From: Candidatus Limnocylindrales bacterium
GTDB lineage: Bacteria > Patescibacteriota > Microgenomatia > Levybacterales > UBA12049
Length of the DNA: 64,000 nt
NCBI GenBank assembly: GCA_035526025.1
Contig: DATLDE010000018.1
Coordinates: 11,292 to 75,291 of the forward strand
Direction: 5' to 3'
Shown here: positions 17,717-27,554 of the stretch, piece by piece
Position numbering within the stretch: position 1 is the first letter of the stretch
Layout of the letters: the number at the start of each line of letters is the position of its first letter
The notes under the pieces: model-generated
What the model was told of the DNA's origin: nothing
Seen by the model: only the letters and a program-made list of their open reading frames with translations
Database searches by the model: none
Translations under genes and position numbers: made by a program

Positions 17717-18240
17717 TTCTTCGAGACATATGGCTCGCTACATAGACTTCGATTAAAACAACATGGTCTTCTCATTCCGCGGTTGAGCTTATCAAGCATC
17801 ACATCAATGTGTTTCTGACGGGTTTCAGAAGTCTTAACGGCACGTATCCAGCGTATCCAATCCCACCTGGCACTGGGTGTAATGTCATTCCATAAATCTT
17901 GAGCTTTGGGTGATGAAGACAGTGCTTTTTTTACATCTTCGGGCACAACTGGCTCTATCCAATCCTTGGTCGATTGAAGTGAGACCTGTACGGTATCGCC
18001 TGCCCCGGCGTGAGCGTCCTTGAGCAACTTTTCATCAGGTCGGAACCAATGACTCGGCTTTAACCCTGGGCCGTACCTGCCATCAGGCTCGAGCAAAGCT
18101 TTAAAAGGAACTCCGTTAATTGTTCCCTTAACCATAGTCATACCACGGGACGGGAGCTGTGCGGAGGCGTCCTCAGGCAGCCAGAGGATAGTCCAGGAAT
18201 TTATTTTAAATAATTTTCCTGTGAAAGTGATTTTAGACAT
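17695..18240 (-). CDS. DUF1905 + YdeI/OmpD-associated family protein
   Basis: N-terminal DUF1905-like beta domain and C-terminal YdeI-like region (DLWNDITPSARWDWIRWI). GC-rich. Confidence 0.55.
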   Translation of the reverse strand: MSKITFTGKLFKINSWTILWLPEDASAQLPSRGMTMVKGTINGVPFKALLEPDGRYGPGLKPSHWFRPDEKLLKDAHAGAGDTVQVSLQSTKDWIEPVVPEDVKKALSSSPKAQDLWNDITPSARWDWIRWIRAVKTSETRQKHIDVMLDKLNRGMRRPCCFNRSLCSEPYVSKNWALLAA

Positions 18241-18295
18241 ATATTATAGTATTATATCATTCCACTATTAAATAAACCGTATTAAACTTATAGTA

Positions 18296-18324
18296 TTGAC
18301 TTTTTAAAAATATTATGCTACAAT
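18296..18324 (+). promoter_or_regulatory. sigma70-like promoter (TTGACT, 17 nt spacer, TACAAT)
   Basis: Read directly from the sequence, about 40 nt upstream of the 18362 gene. Confidence 0.4.
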
Positions 18325-18361
18325 CACCTCACAAAATTAGGTAAGAGTATAGCTAACAAAT

Positions 18362-19501
18362 ATGAGAGAAGCAGATATTCCACGCTTCAACATTGAACAA
18401 GTTACTTCACCCGATGTTCGAAATCTAAGAACAAATACTCCAAATTATTTTATTGAACTTATAGAGCTGGGATTCTTAGAAAATGTTTCTTCAATAAGAG
18501 ATGTTGCTCCAGGAAGTATGGTGGCAATGAATGGACTAAGTAATGCATCTTATTTTTTCCGAGATAATCGCTCTCCAAGAGTAGTTAAATTTGGCCATTT
18601 TTCGGCTACTGCCGAAGCGAGAATGCTTAATTTGTTGAGGGAAAAACAAGTCTCAGTTCCCCAAGTCTTAGGATCAGGTATAGTGCCAAGTACAGAAGGC
18701 AAAGGTAAACCTGTCGAGTACATTGTATTAGAAGGAATTGAGAAAGATGGACAACCAGCTCCAACCGGATACGGATATTTAGAGAAACAACAAGATCAAG
18801 AAACAGCAATTGATCAGGCATGGATATTAGGTGAATGTATGGCTGATGAACTTGTAAAAGTGCACAATGTTGCTCCAGACGATATGGTAATTGGAGGGGT
18901 TTTAGACACACCTGATGGCACAGCTGAAACGATTTATGATTATTTTACAAAAAAAATTGACGACCCAGGCTCCACAAACCTTCTAAATTCACTTGGGATA
19001 GACATAAATCGGATGAAAGCTGCATTTGAGACAACACAATTTCCAGAAACTGGAAGTATGGTTTTTGGTGATTTCCTTCCATACAATGTAGTTGTAGAAT
19101 CAGAATCCCCGTCACTTACAATTAAAATACTTGACCCAACACCCTCTACCAATGATCCATACTGGGATATTGCCAGATTTGTAAATACATTTGATTTGAC
19201 AGAAGCGCTTACAAGAGATCATCCTAAAAATCAAGAATATTCAGACAAGCTGGAACAAGAGAAACACTTAAGGGACGGATTTTTGGGGAGGTATGTAGTT
19301 CAAGCTGGTGAGCTGGATCCAAAACGATTGCTGGCAAACCAAATTATTTTTGCAGTCGGACACATTCAACGCAGAGAAGCACGTGCAGATACAATAGGAA
19401 GCGCTGGACTCGCTCAAATACCTTTTGAGAAAGAACGCGTAGTAGATTTAATGAAAGAATTGCTGAAGGAGTATATTGCTGAATTTATGGAACTCACTTA
19501 A
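18362..19501 (+). CDS. aminoglycoside/choline phosphotransferase (APH)-family kinase-like protein
   Basis: Brenner-like motif VFGDFLPYNVVV and ILDPTPSTNDPYWDIARF (D...N / DxxR region). Confidence 0.5.
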   Translation: MREADIPRFNIEQVTSPDVRNLRTNTPNYFIELIELGFLENVSSIRDVAPGSMVAMNGLSNASYFFRDNRSPRVVKFGHFSATAEARMLNLLREKQVSVPQVLGSGIVPSTEGKGKPVEYIVLEGIEKDGQPAPTGYGYLEKQQDQETAIDQAWILGECMADELVKVHNVAPDDMVIGGVLDTPDGTAETIYDYFTKKIDDPGSTNLLNSLGIDINRMKAAFETTQFPETGSMVFGDFLPYNVVVESESPSLTIKILDPTPSTNDPYWDIARFVNTFDLTEALTRDHPKNQEYSDKLEQEKHLRDGFLGRYVVQAGELDPKRLLANQIIFAVGHIQRREARADTIGSAGLAQIPFEKERVVDLMKELLKEYIAEFMELT

Positions 19502-19541
19502 AAAAATCAGTTCCATTCACCTGAAAAGTATTACAAATTTG

Positions 19542-19616
19542 GGTGGCGTACCGGTCTCGAACCGGCGACCTCCAGCTCCACAAGCTAGCGCTCTAACCAA
19601 CTGAGCTAACGCCACC
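19542..19616 (-). tRNA. tRNA-His (anticodon GTG) with genomically encoded G-1
   Basis: Extra 5' G pairs with discriminator C. Anticodon loop TTGTGGA. Confidence 0.85.
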
Positions 19617-19660
19617 AAATATAGCATTGAGTATATCAGTTTTGAGGATAATTGGGAAGA

Positions 19661-19891
19661 TTAAAGAGGGTAACCGCCACTTGGAGGCTCATTGGATTCA
19701 TCCATTTCAGAATATATCATATTGCTGTCTGTTGTTTCCCCATCATCATATTTGTATTCTTTATCATCTTCATCAGACTCTTTTAAATGAGTCTTGATAC
19801 CTGTGTACAGAATGTGAGCCGCTTGTTCTTTATTTTCATTGAATGTATAAAAAACCTTAGAGCAATAAGAACAAGATTGTGAATAATACAT
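19661..19891 (-). CDS. small acidic hypothetical protein with N-terminal CxxC
   Basis: 76 aa ORF, no motif. Could be spurious. Confidence 0.3.
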   Translation of the reverse strand: MYYSQSCSYCSKVFYTFNENKEQAAHILYTGIKTHLKESDEDDKEYKYDDGETTDSNMIYSEMDESNEPPSGGYPL

Positions 19892-20000
19892 ATTAAGAGC
19901 AGTATAATACTTTTATTTGAAAATGCAATACATAATTTTGATATAAAAAGAATCTCTTTGTCCTCTTGATATTCGTATAAATTTTACATATCCTTAAAAG

Positions 20001-21248
20001 GTGCAAAGGATCATCCTTCATATAGATTTTGACTCGTTTTTTGCAAGCGCTGAGCAGCAATTCAATCCCCTTTTAAGAGGCAGGCCAATAGGTGTAACGG
20101 CAACCAACGGTAGAACGTGCATCATTGCAGCAAGCCGTGAAGCAAAGGCACTCGGAATTAAATCCCCAACACGTACTTTTGAAGCTCAACGAATATATCC
20201 CTCGATCATTTTTGTACCTGCGCATTTTACCAAATACTGGGAAGTTAGCAAAATATTTGTGAATGCATGCAAGGACTTTTCACCATTAGTTGAAATTTTT
20301 TCACTGGACGAAGTATTTATGGATGTTACGAGGACAGCAGAACTCTTTGGAGGCACTCTTCCGCTCATTGAGAAAATCAAAAGCCGTTTACAAGTGGAAA
20401 TCGGAGAATACATCACAGCTTCCTTTGGAATTTCTCATAATAAGTTACTGGCAAAGCTCGCATCAGGCCTTGAGAAGCCCAATGGCGTTGTAATGATAAA
20501 ACCTGAAGATGTCCAATCGATATATCAAACCACAAAATTAACTGATATTTGCGGAATTGGCTACAGAATCGAAGCAAGACTCAATCAAATGGGTATTTAC
20601 AAACTTACTCAGTTAAGCGCTGCTCCTCTGCAGGCTTTGATTGCAGAATTTGGAAACGTGGAAGGGATTTTTCTACATCAGGTAGGACAGGGACTGGACA
20701 CACGCGAGGTTATTCCCCATACACAAGATCCGGGGGTCAAATCAGTAGGAAGGAATTACTGTCTTCCGGCAAATGAATATAGCAAGCGAAAGGTATTACA
20801 AAACGTATTTGAGCTTTGTGAGGAAGTCGGAATAAAGCTTAGAAGGCTCAATAAAAAAGCACGAAATGTTGGGATATTTCTCAGGGGTGATGAGAATGTA
20901 TATGGCAGAAAAACCTATTCATATTTCATGGATTCAGGAAAAGATCTTTTTGATGCATGCCACTCTTTGTTGACCGTATTCCCGGATTATACCCGTCAAA
21001 TCGGTATTTGGGCTTCATATCTTGAAGATAGTGACAAAATTCCGAGTTCCTTATTTGATACTGAAAAAAAGAGGAAGTTGCGCACAACAATTGACCAGAT
21101 TAATGAAAGATTTGGAGATCACACCATCCGTAACGGATTCCTGCTGGATTCTCCTAAATTGACTACCGTTCCAAACGGGTTTATGGCAGATAGATTTGAA
21201 AGAGAAAAATTTGCCAAGGAACAAAAAATAATTGAATCCCTTGCGTAA
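20001..21248 (+). CDS. dinB: DNA polymerase IV (Y-family)
   Basis: HIDFDSFFASAEQ catalytic motif, SLDEVFMDVT, and little-finger domain. GTG start. Confidence 0.9.
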   Translation: MQRIILHIDFDSFFASAEQQFNPLLRGRPIGVTATNGRTCIIAASREAKALGIKSPTRTFEAQRIYPSIIFVPAHFTKYWEVSKIFVNACKDFSPLVEIFSLDEVFMDVTRTAELFGGTLPLIEKIKSRLQVEIGEYITASFGISHNKLLAKLASGLEKPNGVVMIKPEDVQSIYQTTKLTDICGIGYRIEARLNQMGIYKLTQLSAAPLQALIAEFGNVEGIFLHQVGQGLDTREVIPHTQDPGVKSVGRNYCLPANEYSKRKVLQNVFELCEEVGIKLRRLNKKARNVGIFLRGDENVYGRKTYSYFMDSGKDLFDACHSLLTVFPDYTRQIGIWASYLEDSDKIPSSLFDTEKKRKLRTTIDQINERFGDHTIRNGFLLDSPKLTTVPNGFMADRFEREKFAKEQKIIESLA

Positions 21249-21254
21249 AACAAC

Positions 21255-21283
21255 AAAACAGGTCGGATTATTAAAATCCGACC
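21255..21283. terminator. intrinsic terminator (perfect 9-bp hairpin CAGGTCGGA/TCCGACCTG), T-run on the minus strand
   Basis: Lies between the dinB stop and the stop of the convergent GlsB-family gene. Confidence 0.5.
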
Positions 21284-21306
21284 TGCTTATGGCTCTTCTT
21301 CAGAAA

Positions 21307-21582
21307 CTAGATACTCCTTCTATGAGTAAATGTTTTGTAGATCCATATCGTTATAACAGCTCCCAAGATTGCAACAAATGTACTGTAAAAGTTAAAACCT
21401 GTTACTCCTGGTTGGCCGATAGCGTTCATAACCAGACCGCCTAAGAAGGCACCAATGATACCAACAATTATGTTTCCCATTGCTCCTTGCTCAGCGTCAT
21501 TGCCCATAACCATAGAGGCAATCCATCCTGCGAGAGCTCCAAAAACTATCCAAACTAAAAAATTCATAATATTAAATTTCAC
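21307..21582 (-). CDS. GlsB/YeaQ/YmgE family stress-response membrane protein
   Basis: Sequence AGWIASMVMG...GIIGAFLGGLV is typical of the transglycosylase-associated protein family. Confidence 0.8.
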   Translation of the reverse strand: MKFNIMNFLVWIVFGALAGWIASMVMGNDAEQGAMGNIIVGIIGAFLGGLVMNAIGQPGVTGFNFYSTFVAILGAVITIWIYKTFTHRRSI

Positions 21583-21659
21583 CTCCTTTCATCTTAATCT
21601 TCTTTTAAGCCCTGATTAAGTATTGGGCTGTTGGAGGCCAAGCCTCCTATATACTTTGG

Positions 21660-21878
21660 TTAAGGTTGTTGTTTTACATTTACATCAACTTTATCCGGTA
21701 CGTTTACCTGCGGTGCTTGTACTCCTGCGTTACTTGCAGTGTTGTTAAGCATTGGTAAACCATAAAATACAAATAAAATCACAAAAACAATAAGTACGAT
21801 TATTCCTAATAAAAATCCGCTACCCCCTCCTCCTTCTGATGGAGCTGCTGCTGGTGGATTATTAACTACTGTTGCCAT
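21660..21878 (-). CDS. small single-TM membrane protein
   Basis: 72 aa with a Gly-rich N-terminus and one TM. Confidence 0.4.
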   Translation of the reverse strand: MATVVNNPPAAAPSEGGGGSGFLLGIIVLIVFVILFVFYGLPMLNNTASNAGVQAPQVNVPDKVDVNVKQQP

Positions 21879-21991
21879 ATATTATTCACCTCCTTTCAAG
21901 ATAAAAAAATTAGATGTCTTGAATTGTTTACAGTATATGGAGCGGCAGTAAAAAACAAATGATAGAAGTGTAAGAAAGCGATTAGAGAAAT

Positions 21992-22822
21992 TTAGCCTTG
22001 CTTACATACAAAATTAACCTCAGCAATTACATTTTTGTAGTCATTTTCTGACAGATATAAGGTTTTTATCAGTGAATTATCCTTGTATATTTCCTTACAT
22101 AACACTATGTGGTTATTGAGAAGGATGCGCTTGTGACCTGATGATAGAGACGAAAGCATAGTAACAGGATACAAACGTAATCTCTCAATCATATCCCGCA
22201 GACTATTCCCTTCCGGGTAACTCCAGCTAATTGCCTTCATGTTCTTGCACTGCGCATAGGCATTTACTTCAGTTGTTGTTTTGGTGTTGGTTATAATCCA
22301 TGCTTCATCAATATGATTTTTATTTTTTATATCTACAAATCTAGCTTGAGTATAAAGTGCTACATGGACTTGTGAGCGAATACCCGGGCTGTTATGATAC
22401 TTTGCTTCTATCATTGCTGATTTACCACCTTTTTCAGCAATTACATCTATCTCATGCGTTATGCACTCTCCTCTTAATACTTGACGCACTTTTGTGTGGT
22501 AGCCTTCCTCTTGAAGTAATTTCGATATAAAATCTTCAAAAGGATAACCTGTCGGGCCGAGATTCATTATGGCTTCTTTCAAGCTGTAGCGTGCTTTGGC
22601 ATAGTGATCGCCTGTATCTCCTAAGAATTCAGTGATGTGGTGATAGATTTCTCTAGTTGTTATCCCATCATACATCTTATTATTTACATGTGCCAATACC
22701 TTTCCTTGAATGGAGTGATGGATATGCGCACGTCGTATAGAATCAATTACTTTTTCTTCACTGTATGGTTCAAAAGTTTTATTTGCTTTTTGGACAGAAT
22801 ACATATTACTAGTATATCTCAA
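21992..22822 (-). CDS. ATP-cone domain fused to PD-(D/E)xK (Mrr-like) restriction endonuclease domain
   Basis: N-terminal NrdR-type ATP-cone-like region. The PD-(D/E)xK core reads HEIDVIAEKGGKSAMIEAKYH. Confidence 0.5.
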   Translation of the reverse strand: MRYTSNMYSVQKANKTFEPYSEEKVIDSIRRAHIHHSIQGKVLAHVNNKMYDGITTREIYHHITEFLGDTGDHYAKARYSLKEAIMNLGPTGYPFEDFISKLLQEEGYHTKVRQVLRGECITHEIDVIAEKGGKSAMIEAKYHNSPGIRSQVHVALYTQARFVDIKNKNHIDEAWIITNTKTTTEVNAYAQCKNMKAISWSYPEGNSLRDMIERLRLYPVTMLSSLSSGHKRILLNNHIVLCKEIYKDNSLIKTLYLSENDYKNVIAEVNFVCKQG

Positions 22823-24584
22823 ATGATTCCAGAAGTTTTTTATTTCCTGTAATTTGATAATTAAGAAGATCCTGATATAACCCTTTTCTCAGGGAAAGCT
22901 CCTTTGGTGTTCCAGCATCTGATATCCGACCATTTTCAATCACGATGACCTTGTCTACATTTTGAATAGTTGAGAACCTATGCGCAATAATGATAGTCAA
23001 CCTATCTTTCATCAGGTTCTCCAACGCGTCCTGGACTTCTTTCTCGGACTTGGCGTCAAGTGATGAAGTCGCTTCATCCAAAATAAGTATTGGAGCGTTC
23101 TTCATTATCGCACGTGCTATCTGAATTCTCTGCTTCTGTCCGCCTGACAACCTGACACCCCGCTCTCCAACTTCACTATTGATTTTCTTTGGAAGTTTAT
23201 TTACAAATTCCAGAGCATTTGCAAGCCTTAAAGCATTAATTACATCAGCATCTTTTGCACTATTTTGCCCATAAGCAACATTTTCTCTGATGGTTGATGA
23301 GAATAATTCATTTTCCTGAAAAACAAGTGAAATATTTTGTCTCACAAAATTATAATCTAATTCTGAATAGTTTTTTCCGTTCAGATATATCCCACCGCTT
23401 GTCGGTAGATAAAACTTTAGTATCAAATTGGCCATTGTCGACTTACCTGCGCCACTATGTCCAACCAAAGCCACTGTTTCACCTTTTCCTATCTTAAATG
23501 ATACGTTATTTAATACATTTGCAGATTTTTCGTAATTGAATGATACTTTTTTGAACTCTATTTCTGGATCCTTGATTCTTTCCATATCAGACTTCCTTTT
23601 ATAATCTTCAGTTGATTTGAGTGACAGAACTTCAAAGTACTCTTTAGATCCACTTTCTGCAGTCTGAATCTGTGTCAATATAAATGACATCGCAAATAGA
23701 GGAATCCTCGCCTGATTAAACAACTGCAGGATCAGAACCATCTCACCGATACTCAAATTTCCCAAGAAAGTATTATAAAACACCAAAACATTTACGGTAA
23801 AAAGGATTAGATTTAGAGAAAGCCCCCGAAAAAAATCAAATATATGATACGTTTTGCTTTGGCGCGCATAAATAATATTGCTTTCTCCTAGTTTTTTTGA
23901 AACCAATTCATACTCGCGTTTTTCATTTGTAAAACTTTTAACAAGGATCATGTTGGAAATCACTTCTTGTATGCGGCCACGAGTTATATCCTCAATTTTA
24001 TTTTTCTTTACTTCCTCTTTCCCCCATTTAACAGTTGAGTAATAGCTTAGCGATAGATAGACCGGAAATAAAAGAAATGTAAAAAACGCAACCGGCAGGC
24101 TGTAATATGCAAGAACTGCAATTGTAAATATGCTTTGGATAAATGTCGGCAATATGAAATTTGAGGAGGTATTTAAAAACGAATGAATCGATACAATACC
24201 TCTGGATAACTGATTTACAATTTTTCCGGATATCTCTGAGTCAAAATAAGATTGTGGGAGAGTGAGGACTTTATCGTAAAACTTTTCTGTAAGAAATTTT
24301 CTCAATTGTCCCGCAAAATGATCCCCCAATCTATCCGATATGCTTGTGACTGCAAGGCCTAGTAAATTTGCTCCAAATGCAAAAAGTATGAGAGTGATCA
24401 GGCGCCTTATATCTCCCCCTTTGTTCTGTACATTCTGGACTATTTCATCAACAATAAATTTTGACAGAATTGGCGCAATCAAAGAAAGAACAGATGAGAC
24501 GAGGATAAACACAGCAATAATAATTGCCAGGGGATGTAATGGTTTGGAGATCTTTAATATTTTAAATATATTTTTCATATGCAA
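22809..24584 (-). CDS. ABC transporter, fused permease/ATPase (type I exporter, MsbA-like)
   Basis: Six-TM N-terminal half. Walker A GHSGAGKST, signature LSGGQKQR, Walker B ILILDEATS. Confidence 0.85.
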   Translation of the reverse strand: MHMKNIFKILKISKPLHPLAIIIAVFILVSSVLSLIAPILSKFIVDEIVQNVQNKGGDIRRLITLILFAFGANLLGLAVTSISDRLGDHFAGQLRKFLTEKFYDKVLTLPQSYFDSEISGKIVNQLSRGIVSIHSFLNTSSNFILPTFIQSIFTIAVLAYYSLPVAFFTFLLFPVYLSLSYYSTVKWGKEEVKKNKIEDITRGRIQEVISNMILVKSFTNEKREYELVSKKLGESNIIYARQSKTYHIFDFFRGLSLNLILFTVNVLVFYNTFLGNLSIGEMVLILQLFNQARIPLFAMSFILTQIQTAESGSKEYFEVLSLKSTEDYKRKSDMERIKDPEIEFKKVSFNYEKSANVLNNVSFKIGKGETVALVGHSGAGKSTMANLILKFYLPTSGGIYLNGKNYSELDYNFVRQNISLVFQENELFSSTIRENVAYGQNSAKDADVINALRLANALEFVNKLPKKINSEVGERGVRLSGGQKQRIQIARAIMKNAPILILDEATSSLDAKSEKEVQDALENLMKDRLTIIIAHRFSTIQNVDKVIVIENGRISDAGTPKELSLRKGLYQDLLNYQITGNKKLLESFEIY

Positions 24585-24593
24585 TACTAATAA

Positions 24594-26930
24594 CTATTTT
24601 ACATTTTTTTTTCTGAATATAACAAAAGAACCTTTTTCGGTAATGATTTCATATCGATTATCGTGGCGTATTTTCTCTAGTTGTAATTTTTGAGCAATTA
24701 GAGATTGTGGCTGTTCATTTTTATTTGGATAAAATACAAGCACATCTGCTTTCTCAAGTCCTAGAGGAAGTGTAAATAGCTCAAGCCTATGGGCTAAATG
24801 AGAACCTACGTTATTTGAAGCTGCTACGCTTAAATGGGGTGGAATGTCTGATAATTTCTGTTCTAAAAATTTGTAGTCTGGTAATTGTTTATTGATCATT
24901 TCCAGATTTGCATCTTTTGAGCCAGGTAACACTCCTAGCTTATAAGCACTCATCAGGCTTGTTATTAAAATAAAGATTGGCAAAACAAATAGATACTTTT
25001 CCTCTATATATTTTTTGATAATATTCATCCCAAAAATGGCGCTAATAAAAATAAACGGGGTAATTGCAGCGGTATATTGATAATAGATTTGGTGAAGCTG
25101 AGCGTTGTTACTCAAGAGATTAATAGTCAAATCAGCTCCTGCCAATATCAAAAAGAAAGGATATATAAATGATAGATATCCAAGTGGTGAAAAAAGTTGA
25201 GCCAGATAATCAATCTTTTCTTTTTGATAAATTATCTCAAAAACTTTCTGAGGTGAAAATAATATGTTTTTCGCAATTGAAAGCGGACCATCCCCAAAAT
25301 CTGAGTAATAATCAATTGCAAAATGAGACGCACCTAAAGCCTGTGGAATTGCAACAGAAATGAGATAGTAGAATATTCCAAAAGACACAAAAAATATAAG
25401 ACTTCCGAATAATCTTTTTTTGTGATTGAAAAACAACATAACACCAAATAAAGCTATGATCAGCCATATTTGTTCTTTACTGATAGCAGCAAGTAACGCA
25501 AAAATCATAAACAAAACATATTTTTTTCTACTATAGAAATAGTATGTTCCGAGGAGAAAAGTAGTTGCTAGAGTGACTGCGTGAAAGTCATATAGATTTG
25601 CCCTTTGAACACTTGGATTTATAAGATATGCAAAAGCAAATGCAAGTGACAAATTTTTACTGGTAAGCTTGTCTTTGGCAATTAAATAAACAAATATGCT
25701 GCCAAGCGCTACGACAAATGTCTGGATGAATAAAAGCGTTTTAGGATTGGGAAACAATGCGTAAAAAGGAGCGAGAAGAATCAAAAGAAAATCTGCATGA
25801 AATGCAAGGCGTGAGACCATGTCTGCGCCATCAGGATTGGTAAATTGAAATATACGTCCTTGTGTGGTATTCCAGACTGTTTGGGCCATATTTCCTAGAT
25901 CAAACCTGCCTGTATAAAAATGGTCATACCGCAGGAAGCTGATCCAGGAAAAATACGCTATATATATAATTATCAATCCCAAAAGCACAGCTTCATGTTT
26001 GTGATTTGCAACAAGATTGCTAAGTTGACTAACTTTTTTACTTTTTGATTTAAAATATAAATAAGTTATACCCAAAAATATTATCTCAGAAATTATAAGT
26101 ATTATTCTTGAAAAAAGTGCTATGAATGCACCAATTGATGAATTTACAATTTTCGACAATCCGGCAATAATAATTCCTTCTCGTACACCAAATCCAGCGG
26201 GTGTTAAAAGAGAAAGATAACCAATAAGTACTGACAAGACAAAAAACCCACTGAGTTGAAAAAACAATTCAATTGGCAGAATAATTACTGAGCTAATTAC
26301 GAAATAGTTTGCAACCCCAAACCAAAGCAAGGCACATGTACTTAATGCCACCAAGTTCGCATTTTCTGATCTTTCAAATTTAGGTATAAATTTTAAATTC
26401 TGTTGAAAAAATATATATAACAAAACACCAATCAAAACTATGAAAATTATTAATTTTTGAGAAAAATCAGGGACGAAATTGCTAAAACTTGAAAGAACAA
26501 AGGGAAGTGATAAAAGAGAAATAACTGCACACCCAATAACAAAGATTCCAGCTTCAGTTACGATAAGCTTACCCACATTCTTTTTAGGAATACCTTGTTC
26601 TGAAAATGCAAAAGCTCTTCCGAGAAAAGATACTATGCTTCCTGGAATATATCTTTTAAATTCAGATACAGAATAATGATAAGCAGATTGTTTGTAAGTT
26701 ATTTTATTTGAATAAACCTTAAGAAGTCTATGCCAAATATAGCTTCTGAGGAAATAATACACTAGAAAACTAAATATCCCTATCATTAATAAAACTGGAT
26801 TTGCAGCATAAAGCTTACTGGTAAATTCCGGAATTCTTGGAGCTACGAGCTTGATAATAAAGAATAATGCGAGAATAGAAAACGGCCATCCTAAAGCGTA
26901 TTTGAGAATTGAGAATAGTCGGTTCTGCAT
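24594..26930 (-). CDS. large polytopic membrane protein, C-terminal half DUF2079-like
   Basis: 778 aa with more than 20 predicted TM segments. RYDHFYTGRFDLGNMAQTVWN resembles the DUF2079 core. Confidence 0.5.
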   Translation of the reverse strand: MQNRLFSILKYALGWPFSILALFFIIKLVAPRIPEFTSKLYAANPVLLMIGIFSFLVYYFLRSYIWHRLLKVYSNKITYKQSAYHYSVSEFKRYIPGSIVSFLGRAFAFSEQGIPKKNVGKLIVTEAGIFVIGCAVISLLSLPFVLSSFSNFVPDFSQKLIIFIVLIGVLLYIFFQQNLKFIPKFERSENANLVALSTCALLWFGVANYFVISSVIILPIELFFQLSGFFVLSVLIGYLSLLTPAGFGVREGIIIAGLSKIVNSSIGAFIALFSRIILIISEIIFLGITYLYFKSKSKKVSQLSNLVANHKHEAVLLGLIIIYIAYFSWISFLRYDHFYTGRFDLGNMAQTVWNTTQGRIFQFTNPDGADMVSRLAFHADFLLILLAPFYALFPNPKTLLFIQTFVVALGSIFVYLIAKDKLTSKNLSLAFAFAYLINPSVQRANLYDFHAVTLATTFLLGTYYFYSRKKYVLFMIFALLAAISKEQIWLIIALFGVMLFFNHKKRLFGSLIFFVSFGIFYYLISVAIPQALGASHFAIDYYSDFGDGPLSIAKNILFSPQKVFEIIYQKEKIDYLAQLFSPLGYLSFIYPFFLILAGADLTINLLSNNAQLHQIYYQYTAAITPFIFISAIFGMNIIKKYIEEKYLFVLPIFILITSLMSAYKLGVLPGSKDANLEMINKQLPDYKFLEQKLSDIPPHLSVAASNNVGSHLAHRLELFTLPLGLEKADVLVFYPNKNEQPQSLIAQKLQLEKIRHDNRYEIITEKGSFVIFRKKNVK

Positions 26931-27033
26931 TTAGCTATTTTACTAGAAATATCATTTTATTCATAGCTTATGATATATATAATATGTATATTTGTACATT
27001 GTATGGGGGTCTGATAAAATCAATTTAAATAAC

Positions 27034-27106
27034 GCACCCGTAGCTCAGTGGATAGAGCACTTCGCTTCGGACGAAGGGGTCGGGGGTTCGAATCCCTCCG
27101 GGTGCA
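27034..27106 (+). tRNA. tRNA-Arg (anticodon TCG)
   Basis: Anticodon stem CTTCG/CGAAG with loop CTTCGGA, T-arm GGGGG-TTCGAAT-CCCTC. Confidence 0.8.
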
Positions 27107-27110
27107 CTAA

Positions 27111-27497
27111 TTAATCAAAAGCTTTAACTAATAAAAATGATAAATCAGCTGCAAATTTAAATCCTTTTTCCCGGGCTATGTCTGAGCAATCTTCTGGATC
27201 CCGAGCCGCAGCAATCCTCTTCTGCGTAATTCGAGCGGCCAACACAGCTTTTGCATCTGTTGCTTCCCATCTACTTCTTGCTCTTCCTAAAATATCACTT
27301 ACTTTACCAAACTTTATATCCAAACCTCTCAATTTGTTAGGTCCTGTACTAAATGCTAATTGTCCTGGGATATATACATCCACTGCTTGAGCATATTTTG
27401 TGATTTCATCATCATTTGCCGTCAGAATTTTCGACGCAGTAAATGCAGCCTGATCAGCAAGACCAATATCTCCCTTAGGGCGAAATGTTCTTGCGTA
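27111..27497 (-). pseudogene. hypothetical ORF, probable 3' fragment of a disrupted gene (same frame as 27555-28094)
   Basis: The frame is open from 27497 but has no ATG. It continues the frame of the upstream ORF across in-frame TAA (27555-57) and TAG (27498-500). Confidence 0.3.
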
Positions 27498-27554
27498 CTA
27501 CATTCCGCTCGTGTAAAACATCAATTGTTGTCCCTCTAATTGCTCTTTCATAAT

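Noticed and set aside
19892-20000. LexA/Cheo-type SOS box upstream of dinB
   Set aside because: No GAAC-N4-GTTC or CTGT-N8-ACAG-like palindrome is present in the 110 nt upstream region.
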